Positions 1 to 8,035 of a DNA stretch of 50,068 bases are shown in pieces. The notes beneath the pieces were generated by a model. That model did not search any database and was not told the origin of the DNA. It saw nothing but the letters and a program-made list of their open reading frames with translations. The DNA is from Dudresnaya verticillata (Eukaryota). Every line of letters begins with the position of its first letter. The stretch's first letter is position 1. Location: assembly GCA_977862235.1 (NCBI GenBank), contig OZ374565.1, forward strand, positions 2,666,001 through 2,716,068, given 5' to 3'. The translations under genes were made by a program, and so were the position numbers.

Positions 1-1082
1 ATCACAGAGTCTGTGGCTGGGGCGATTCCATCAGAGTCTAGAGCTGCTGCTGCCTTACTGTAGGCGCCCTCCTTTGCAAGGCGAAGGGCTCGTGAGGCAT
101 TGATACGGCGTTGCTCTTCTGCGGAAGGCGCAGTCTGCTCACGGAATGTCGAGCCCTTCAAGGCCTCCTGCCATAGGGCGTCGTAATCCTTGAGTCCCCA
201 GCGTCGGATTCGATCGCGGAAGGTGCCGATCGAGGACGCAGAGGTTGACGCGCTGGCCCTTGCACTCGCGGCGGGAGGATTGGACAAGACGGCTGCTGGA
301 AAAAGCAGGAATGCAGTGAGCTCTTTGGTGGCTTCCTGAGAGTTGGTTGCGTTCGTAAAAGCCCATACCGTCTTGGACAGTGCGTCGCGCACCTCGGCGC
401 GGACGCGAGACGGTATATGTGTGACCATAGGGATATGCGAGCGACAGATGTCTTCGACCGCCGGCAGAAGCTGCCCTCCTGGACCCCGCGCAACGGGTGG
501 GGTTTGCGCAGTTGGTACCTCTCGAGTAGCAGGTACCGGTGCAGGAGGCGGCTCCTGGCTGTCCGGGATTCGTCGCGGGGCTGGCAGGATATCGTCCGCT
601 GGCTCGCCGTCCTCGGGTTGCGTCTCCGTGACCGCGTCCAGAGCAGGAGACTGTGATGGCGCGGCTACAGTTTCTTCACGGCTCGGTGTCGTCAATTGGT
701 TGGACGGGACGTGGGAGAACGCCGGAGTGCGAGTAGCGGGACATGCGCTGCAATTCTTGTACCGCATACTGTACATGCCTTCACTGTTCATGCGGGAGCT
801 ACAGTGGGTGGGCATGTACTTGTTGTGAGTCACACAGTACCATACTCCATAGTCCAGGAGCTGCTGCTTGAGAGGCTCGATGTCGGTCCTCGTCGGTGGT
901 CCTCGCCTGCCAGGAACATGCATCTTCCGCAGGTGCATGAGTAGCGCTTCTACAGTAGGCAGTGAGGACGACTGGCAGCCCAGAGGACAGCTGGTACTGT
1001 TTGTCGGGCGGTGTTTTGCCGAAGGCATAAAGCATGGAGAGAGCCATACCTTCGGCATGTCGGGGTGCTGCTGACCAATCAT
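1..1082 (-). CDS. N-terminal part of RT-RLE polyprotein (runs off window start)
   Basis: ATG at 1082; same sequence as the N-terminus of ORF 3470..6958, including the C2H2 finger. Confidence 0.9.
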   Translation of the reverse strand, partial: MIGQQHPDMPKVWLSPCFMPSAKHRPTNSTSCPLGCQSSSLPTVEALLMHLRKMHVPGRRGPPTRTDIEPLKQQLLDYGVWYCVTHNKYMPTHCSSRMNSEGMYSMRYKNCSACPATRTPAFSHVPSNQLTTPSREETVAAPSQSPALDAVTETQPEDGEPADDILPAPRRIPDSQEPPPAPVPATREVPTAQTPPVARGPGGQLLPAVEDICRSHIPMVTHIPSRVRAEVRDALSKTVWAFTNATNSQEATKELTAFLLFPAAVLSNPPAASARASASTSASSIGTFRDRIRRWGLKDYDALWQEALKGSTFREQTAPSAEEQRRINASRALRLAKEGAYSKAAAALDSDGIAPATDSV

Positions 1083-1822
1083 GGTTACAGCGCTGGGTAA
1101 GGTACCTGTAAAGGTCCTCTACAGTAGGTTCCCACGGGGCACAGACCTCCTAACCGGGACGCAAGCCTGTCGTCCGTCGTCAGTCTGTTCGGGACACCTC
1201 CAGAGGGTGCTACAGGTGGCCTTGCTGCGAGATGAGGGCCTCTTCGCAGCGTAGGGCGCGAGATCGCGCACTTTGCGCACGAGCTCGCGCAAAAGGGCGC
1301 GCGTGTTAGCGTTCGTGCGCGCAGAGTTATCGGACGTTCCCTTCCCTGCCGCAGCTGAGAAGACTCTCTTCACTGCGGTCCTGTAACGCGCGGTACTTCT
1401 CGTTTGCACAAGCTCTCAATGGGGTCGCAGAACCACCGTTTACCTGTGAGTGCCCACAGGATTTTTGGCCTCCCCCGAAGGTTCGCTGGCAGGACGTTCG
1501 CTCGATCTTAGAAGGGGTGGTTTCAAAACAGGATCCACCAGGCTTAAGCCACGTTACCCCAACTTCGACGTTGCTTGGCACGTTTCTGCGATGAGCTTGT
1601 GGGTCACGAGCCGCCTACCACTCAAGGTCGAGGGTCTTTGGCGATTCCCACACTTGTAGGTCTCTCGGCACTTCCCGAAGGAAGATTTTACAGGACAAGC
1701 CTGGCCTTTACCAATCTGTCAGTTGAAGGGTGTGAAACCCCTCTGTCGACAGTCCACGGCAGCCTAGACAGAGTCTAGGCTGTGCCGGGTACAAGCAAAA
1801 CGCGTACAGGGCCAGGGAAAGA

Positions 1823-1868
1823 AAGATAAGTCAGTGGGGCCCGGGCAAATTTCAAGGTGAGGGATCAC
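1823..1868 (+). promoter_or_regulatory. 5S internal-control-region mimic (box A + box C) in element 5' UTR; also at 7699-7744, 8965-9010(-), 20158-20203, 30868-30913, 36997-37042, 43311-43356
   Basis: AAGATAAGTC-N22-AGGTGAGGGATCAC is identical in motif and spacing to 5S nt 51-60 and 83-96. Function is inferred. Confidence 0.6.
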
Positions 1869-1905
1869 CTTAAAAGTAAGCGCAAAATAGGAAACGCGTG
1901 ACCGT

Positions 1906-1946
1906 CGGCGACGACGGCGGCGGCGACGGCGGCGACGACGACGGCG
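1906..1946. repeat. GC-rich (CGG/CGA)n trinucleotide tract in element 5' UTR
   Basis: cggcgacgacggcggcggcgacggcggcgacgacgacggcg, present in every copy that has a 5' end. Confidence 0.8.
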
Positions 1947-2146
1947 TCGCGGCGCAGATCGGCGGCGCGGAAAGAGACAAAAGTAGACCGCGCTCGCCCG
2001 CCCGCGAAGGTGAAGGGCTGAAAAACCCCGCACCGACGCGCCGTCGCGCGCTCGAACAGGCGGCACCGCCGCCGAAAAGATCGGTGCAGAACTTGCTGAG
2101 AAATCTCCGAAACAAAAAATTCGGCAGATCGCGAGGGGTTCTCCGG

Positions 2147-2190
2147 GTACTGAGGTGAGGGATCACTCTGGAATCGCCAGTGCCGAATGT
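2147..2190 (+). pseudogene. 5S rRNA 3' half (nt 77-120) of disrupted gene
   Basis: GTACTGAGGTGAGGGATCACTCTGGAATCGCCAGTGCCGAATGT followed by a T-run. Confidence 0.93.
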
Positions 2191-2202
2191 TTTTATTTTT
2201 TT
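2190..2202 (+). terminator. RNA polymerase III oligo(dT) terminator (repeated after every 5S 3' end)
   Basis: TTTTTATTTTTTT at the end of 5S helix I. Confidence 0.85.
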
Positions 2203-3279
2203 GCACCTCATTCCTTCCTCCCCGCCGCCCTCTGCGTACATTGCTGCCTTGCATACCTCTCCCACAGAATCCCCGACCCACTGCCTCTGTACAGCGTATT
2301 CTTTTCACTCGCACTTTTCCCCTTTTCTTGTAAGTGGGAGGGAGTCTGAGAGTGTTTGCAGGTGTCTAGGGGTTGTTTAGGGTTAGGTCTAGGGTTAGTT
2401 TGGTTACTGTGGTACGCGAGGGGCATGATATTGGGAGGGTAAAGGGTCTAGTGTTGGTGCATGGAATGAATCATGGTGGTGGAAGGAATGGATCAGTGTG
2501 GTGGATGAATTGGATTTAGGGACATAGAATTGGATTAGATTTAGTACCCAGAAGATTGGATCAAGGATCACCACAATCGGATCAAGTCTGGTGGCTGGGG
2601 TGAGGGTGGCTTGGACGTTTGTGCTCATAACTTTGGAACGGCTGGGGCTAGGGAGCTGCTCAGTAGCTGAATCGAAGCGTCTCGTTGCTGCGCATTGCGT
2701 AGCGCTCTTACCCTCCTAAATCGACTTTTTGGCGCGTTTCTATGGTGCAAAACGTCCCCACGGGCCGTCGGCAGCTTTTGAGCAGATCAAATAGGGGTTT
2801 GGGGCATGTATGGTTATGGGTGGGTTTAGGGGTGTTAGGGATGTGTCATTTTAACGCGTTTAGGAGTGTAGGGAGTGGGAATGAAAGTAGTAAGGATGAG
2901 GAAATGGAAAGGGAAGGATGAGAAAGTATAGTACAATGCAGTAATACAAATCACGGAATGCATCAGGTTGGGATCCAATAAGGGTGGATGGATTGGATCA
3001 ACGGAAGTCAAGGCGTTATAGGATTGGATCTAGGGGCTCTGTAAATTAGATTGGGTGCTGGTTTCATTGAACCAAGGGGTCAGAACGTCCATGAGCTGGT
3101 TGACTGTATTTATATTGAATCCTGCGTTTAGAGTAAATGGTATACGGTTATGGGTCATTACTTTAATGCTCCACGTGTACACTACAGTCGGATGGACATT
3201 GGACGCAGGAGTCTTTAGTCGATGACGGGGAGTGCAGTTGATGGCGCATTTAAATAGGGGTACGGCGGGAACAGCAAGC
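2191..3279 (+). repeat. 5S rDNA non-transcribed spacer, 1,089 bp; 11 near-identical copies (also 12668, 13877, 20524, 21733, 22942, 24151, 25360, 31489, 37803, 43996)
   Basis: 1,209-bp periodicity of consecutive units. The only difference noticed is G>T near 23820. Confidence 0.93.
3249..3256 (+). promoter_or_regulatory. TATA-like upstream element of 5S gene (-31 to -24)
   Basis: TTTAAATA at the usual upstream position for 5S genes, in every unit. Confidence 0.6.
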
Positions 3280-3368
3280 ACATTCGGCCATACTACGCAG
3301 ACATGCTCCGTATCCCATCCCGAACTGCGAAGATAAGTCTCGTCAGGCTGGTTTAGTACTGAGGTGAG
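3280..3368 (+). pseudogene. 5S rRNA 5' part (nt 1-89), disrupted by copies 2+3; 3' half at 12624-12667
   Basis: ACATTCGGCCATAC...TTAGTACTGAGGTGAG, then the element 3' end TTCAAC. Confidence 0.93.
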
Positions 3369-6300
3369 TTCAACTTTATAACAGGTGACCATATTCTAAT
3401 ATTTGTCGACGTACAATCTACTGTAGTATCACAACAAAGTTAAACCCCAACTCAAAACAACCTGCACATCTACACCTCCTGTTGGATCCCTTCCATCAGG
3501 CACTTGACGTTGTTCTGCACCAGTCGCGCCGCGTGCCTGTGGAACAGAGCCGCTCGCGAAACACCGCGAGTTACCATGGCCCGAGAAGCCACGGTATCCG
3601 CCAACTCTTGCATATACTTGTGCGCCTCCGGGTGCCAGCCACCTAGTGTGGTCATCGGCACCGGCACAAGCCTTGCCCCCGGTCCGGCAGCCTGGATGAA
3701 GCCACGATAAGTCCGCACCTTGTCAGCGTGGGCGTTCTTCAGCGTCCCTTGCGGGTTTGTTATGCAGCTGAGAATGCGTTGTTCTGACGACAGTGGATGA
3801 CTGATTGTGACGTCCAGGTAGTCCGTTCCTCCTTCTGTTCCAAGCGCCTTGATGTCCGGCCGATCCAAGTGAGCCCCCACAGGGCGGGGCTCCACAATCG
3901 GGGTGCGTGTCGCACGTTTCAGATCCGAAGCCAGCAGACGAACCTGAGAGTCGTGGCGCCACGACCGAGGAGATCCGCTGTTCCGCATGCCGTTCGGACA
4001 AATCAGCAGATGGTCGCCGTGAACATCCATCATCTTCTTGCACCCGGCCCGAGGACACTCCGTGTCGGGTTCCAGCAGTGGAATCCGACAGTAGAATCGA
4101 AGCCATACGCGGTAGTCCCGATCCGCAATGTACGTCTTCATGCCTGGTGCCGGCTGGCACTTGAGCCAGTCCTTGGCGCCCGGCACGCCAAGGGAAGCTC
4201 GGAAAGCTTGCGTCCGCCTGTCCCCGAGCGGCAGCTCGGCTTGCACTTTCTTCAGAACCAACCGCGTCAAGTCCCGCTGGCGCGGGCACTCGTCGCTGTC
4301 GATCTTCTCCAGGTCCAGGGCATCCTCACTATGGCACTTGGCGCTCCAGTCTTCGTGCGCTTCTACTGCAAAAGGATCGTCAGAAAGAGCAGTGTTCACA
4401 GAAGCGGGTAAGATAGAACGCAGTAAGTTGCGGGTCAGTGAAAGGGACGCCAAAAACGCGCTCGAGTTCATGTCGCCAGCTCCCGAAATACCGATTCCGA
4501 AGCTGGGCTCTTTCGTGCGCAGGGGAAGCTGAAGTTCGCGGAAGGTGTCCCTCGGTAGGACTCCTCCCACGAGCTTGCGCATGCAAGCCTCAATCTTCTG
4601 GTCGAAGAGCTCGGCGCCCTTTGCCGTGGCGGATGATGGAACTACTCGCAGCAGGTAGTTCAGCCGGCAGACTCCGGCACAGTTGCGGAGTAGAGTGATG
4701 GCCACGTGTAGGTCTTCTAGTCCCGAAATTGCGTCCAGCAGGGGCTGGATGGACTCGACATGGCCATTCACGCTCTCCTCCATGTAGTTCTGCGTTCCAA
4801 TCGGAGCCTGAAGTACTGTAGTGCCTTCTCCGTAGCTCTGCCCAAGATCCGACGGGTAGGCAGCGCAGTCTTCTGGGTCGGGTGCAGTAGGCCACCAAAC
4901 AGTACACTTGTCCATGCGCAGGTGGAAGCCATAGCCCTTAGCTTCCTCGGAGTCAAAGAAGGACAGAACCTTCCTGAGTACGGCGTGTTTCGCCACGATG
5001 ACGCCGTCGTCCAGGTAGAACAGTGACAGCAGCAAGTTGTTCGCCCCCTCCGCTTGCTGATTGCGGCCCGAGCGCCGCAGGTCGGCGGTGAGTTCCTTCA
5101 ACTGTTTGATCAGTGCCTGCAGCACCAAAGCAAACAGTAACGGCCCGAGCGGGTCACCTTGCTGTACACCAGTGACACTCCGCAGTAGAGTGTCACCCAT
5201 CCACAGGTGCGGGCCCTCAGAGTCATAACAGTATCTGACCCACGGTAGTAGTTCAGGCATATGTCGGCGGACCTCCTTCATGAATGCTTTGCGGCTGACA
5301 AGGTTGAAGGCATTCTTCAAGTCCACTTGTAGCAACCCGTAGGACTTGTCATGGCCGTGAGACTTCTGCAGCTTCCGGACCGCGTGTACAATGGCTTCTG
5401 TGCCGCCCGAGGTTGCGACCCCGAGCTGAAGCGGTTCGAGGTATGCCTTGGCCTTGGGAGCGACTCTGGTCATGAGCATAGAGCTCACGAGTCGTCGGAT
5501 TGTCTCTCCTACAGCAATGGGGCGGACACCGCCGGTGCGCTTCTTCAGAGCCGTGAGAGGAGCGCTGGCAATCCAAGGCGACAGCTCCGCAGGTCCTGCG
5601 CCGCTGGCCAGCACGTTGACCATTTTGGTGAGCCCGCCAAGCAGGCCCGTGTGCTCGTGAGTGGTCGGGACTGAGAGCAGTTCCTGCAGATGCGTCGGTG
5701 ATAGTCCTGTTCCCCCCGAGGCCGAAGCCCGGGGGAACTTGGCCACTGCTTTTCGTACTTCGTCGGCTGTGAAAGGCACGAAGTCAGGCATGGTCGGCAG
5801 CGGTTCGGACTGGTCAAGCTCGTGGTCCGCGTCGGTTTGCGGTACGGACTGCGGGTGCTTGTCCTTCATGGACTGTATCACAGAGTCTGTGGCTGGGGCG
5901 ATTCCATCAGAGTCTAGAGCTGCTGCTGCCTTACTGTAGGCGCCCTCCTTTGCAAGGCGAAGGGCTCGTGAGGCATTGATACGGCGTTGCTCTTCTGCGG
6001 AAGGCGCAGTCTGCTCACGGAATGTCGAGCCCTTCAAGGCCTCCTGCCATAGGGCGTCGTAATCCTTGAGTCCCCAGCGTCGGATTCGATCGCGGAAGGT
6101 GCCGATCGAGGACGCAGAGGTTGACGCGCTGGCCCTTGCACTCGCGGCGGGAGGATTGGACAAGACGGCTGCTGGAAAAAGCAGGAATGCAGTGAGCTCT
6201 TTGGTGGCTTCCTGAGAGTTGGTTGCGTTCGTAAAAGCCCATACCGTCTTGGACAGTGCGTCGCGCACCTCGGCGCGGACGCGAGACGGTATATGTGTGA

Positions 6301-8022
6301 CCATAGGGATATGCGAGCGACAGATGTCTTCGACCGCCGGCAGAAGCTGCCCTCCTGGACCCCGCGCAACGGGTGGGGTTTGCGCAGTTGGTACCTCTCG
6401 AGTAGCAGGTACCGGTGCAGGAGGCGGCTCCTGGCTGTCCGGGATTCGTCGCGGGGCTGGCAGGATATCGTCCGCTGGCTCGCCGTCCTCGGGTTGCGTC
6501 TCCGTGACCGCGTCCAGAGCAGGAGACTGTGATGGCGCGGCTACAGTTTCTTCACGGCTCGGTGTCGTCAATTGGTTGGACGGGACGTGGGAGAACGCCG
6601 GAGTGCGAGTAGCGGGACATGCGCTGCAATTCTTGTACCGCATACTGTACATGCCTTCACTGTTCATGCGGGAGCTACAGTGGGTGGGCATGTACTTGTT
6701 GTGAGTCACACAGTACCATACTCCATAGTCCAGGAGCTGCTGCTTGAGAGGCTCGATGTCGGTCCTCGTCGGTGGTCCTCGCCTGCCAGGAACATGCATC
6801 TTCCGCAGGTGCATGAGTAGCGCTTCTACAGTAGGCAGTGAGGACGACTGGCAGCCCAGAGGACAGCTGGTACTGTTTGTCGGGCGGTGTTTTGCCGAAG
6901 GCATAAAGCATGGAGAGAGCCATACCTTCGGCATGTCGGGGTGCTGCTGACCAATCATGGTTACAGCGCTGGGTAAGGTACCTGTAAAGGTCCTCTACAG
7001 TAGGTTCCCACGGGGCACAGACCTCCTAACCGGGACGCAAGCCTGTCGTCCGTCGTCAGTCTGTTCGGGACACCTCCAGAGGGTGCTACAGGTGGCCTTG
7101 CTGCGAGATGAGGGCCTCTTCGCAGCGTAGGGCGCGAGATCGCGCACTTTGCGCACGAGCTCGCGCAAAAGGGCGCGCGTGTTAGCGTTCGTGCGCGCAG
7201 AGTTATCGGACGTTCCCTTCCCTGCCGCAGCTGAGAAGACTCTCTTCACTGCGGTCCTGTAACGCGCGGTACTTCTCGTTTGCACAAGCTCTCAATGGGG
7301 TCGCAGAACCACCGTTTACCTGTGAGTGCCCACAGGATTTTTGGCCTCCCCCGAAGGTTCGCTGGCAGGACGTTCGCTCGATCTTAGAAGGGGTGGTTTC
7401 AAAACAGGATCCACCAGGCTTAAGCCACGTTACCCCAACTTCGACGTTGCTTGGCACGTTTCTGCGATGAGCTTGTGGGTCACGAGCCGCCTACCACTCA
7501 AGGTCGAGGGTCTTTGGCGATTCCCACACTTGTAGGTCTCTCGGCACTTCCCGAAGGAAGATTTTACAGGACAAGCCTGGCCTTTACCAATCTGTCAGTT
7601 GAAGGGTGTGAAACCCCTCTGTCGACAGTCCACGGCAGCCTAGACAGAGTCTAGGCTGTGCCGGGTACAAGCAAAACGCGTACAGGGCCAGGGAAAGAAA
7701 GATAAGTCAGTGGGGCCCGGGCAAATTTCAAGGTGAGGGATCACCTTAAAAGTAAGCGCAAAATAGGAAACGCGTGACCGTCGGCGACGACGGCGGCGGC
7801 GACGGCGGCGACGACGACGGCGTCGCGGCGCAGATCGGCGGCGCGGAAAGAGACAAAAGTAGACCGCGCTCGCCCGCCCGCGAAGGTGAAGGGCTGAAAA
7901 ACCCCGCACCGACGCGCCGTCGCGCGCTCGAACAGGCGGCACCGCCGCCGAAAAGATCGGTGCAGAACTTGCTGAGAAATCTCCGAAACAAAAAATTCGG
8001 CAGATCGCGAGGGGTTCTCCGG
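3369..8022 (-). mobile_element. Full-length CRE-like RLE non-LTR retrotransposon, copy 2 (4,654 bp)
   Basis: Flanked by 13-bp TSD (3356-3368 / 8023-8035); ~1.06-kb 5' UTR, intact ORF, 101-bp 3' UTR. Confidence 0.95.
3470..6958 (-). CDS. RT-restriction-like endonuclease polyprotein, 1162 aa
   Basis: C-x3-C-x13-H-x4-H finger; RT motifs GGVRPIAVGE, DLKNAFN, GVQQGDPLGP, YLDD; C-x4-C-x9-H-x3-C knuckle; RHD, RPD, DVT and K of the RLE. Confidence 0.96.
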   Translation of the reverse strand: MIGQQHPDMPKVWLSPCFMPSAKHRPTNSTSCPLGCQSSSLPTVEALLMHLRKMHVPGRRGPPTRTDIEPLKQQLLDYGVWYCVTHNKYMPTHCSSRMNSEGMYSMRYKNCSACPATRTPAFSHVPSNQLTTPSREETVAAPSQSPALDAVTETQPEDGEPADDILPAPRRIPDSQEPPPAPVPATREVPTAQTPPVARGPGGQLLPAVEDICRSHIPMVTHIPSRVRAEVRDALSKTVWAFTNATNSQEATKELTAFLLFPAAVLSNPPAASARASASTSASSIGTFRDRIRRWGLKDYDALWQEALKGSTFREQTAPSAEEQRRINASRALRLAKEGAYSKAAAALDSDGIAPATDSVIQSMKDKHPQSVPQTDADHELDQSEPLPTMPDFVPFTADEVRKAVAKFPRASASGGTGLSPTHLQELLSVPTTHEHTGLLGGLTKMVNVLASGAGPAELSPWIASAPLTALKKRTGGVRPIAVGETIRRLVSSMLMTRVAPKAKAYLEPLQLGVATSGGTEAIVHAVRKLQKSHGHDKSYGLLQVDLKNAFNLVSRKAFMKEVRRHMPELLPWVRYCYDSEGPHLWMGDTLLRSVTGVQQGDPLGPLLFALVLQALIKQLKELTADLRRSGRNQQAEGANNLLLSLFYLDDGVIVAKHAVLRKVLSFFDSEEAKGYGFHLRMDKCTVWWPTAPDPEDCAAYPSDLGQSYGEGTTVLQAPIGTQNYMEESVNGHVESIQPLLDAISGLEDLHVAITLLRNCAGVCRLNYLLRVVPSSATAKGAELFDQKIEACMRKLVGGVLPRDTFRELQLPLRTKEPSFGIGISGAGDMNSSAFLASLSLTRNLLRSILPASVNTALSDDPFAVEAHEDWSAKCHSEDALDLEKIDSDECPRQRDLTRLVLKKVQAELPLGDRRTQAFRASLGVPGAKDWLKCQPAPGMKTYIADRDYRVWLRFYCRIPLLEPDTECPRAGCKKMMDVHGDHLLICPNGMRNSGSPRSWRHDSQVRLLASDLKRATRTPIVEPRPVGAHLDRPDIKALGTEGGTDYLDVTISHPLSSEQRILSCITNPQGTLKNAHADKVRTYRGFIQAAGPGARLVPVPMTTLGGWHPEAHKYMQELADTVASRAMVTRGVSRAALFHRHAARLVQNNVKCLMEGIQQEV

Positions 8023-8035
8023 GTACTGAGGTGAG

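Larger units (their letters stand above)
1..2146 (-). mobile_element. CRE-like RLE non-LTR retrotransposon, copy 1 (5' part only; cut by window edge)
   Basis: Matches 5877-8022 of copy 2 (offset 5876). The 5' junction abuts GTACTGAGGTGAG and the 3' half of 5S. Confidence 0.93.

Noticed and set aside
6995..7285. Possible upstream ORF1 (96 aa, basic)
   Set aside because: Non-ATG start, no gag/RRM/knuckle motif, and it lies in the hairpin-rich UTR. CRE-like elements are often single-ORF.
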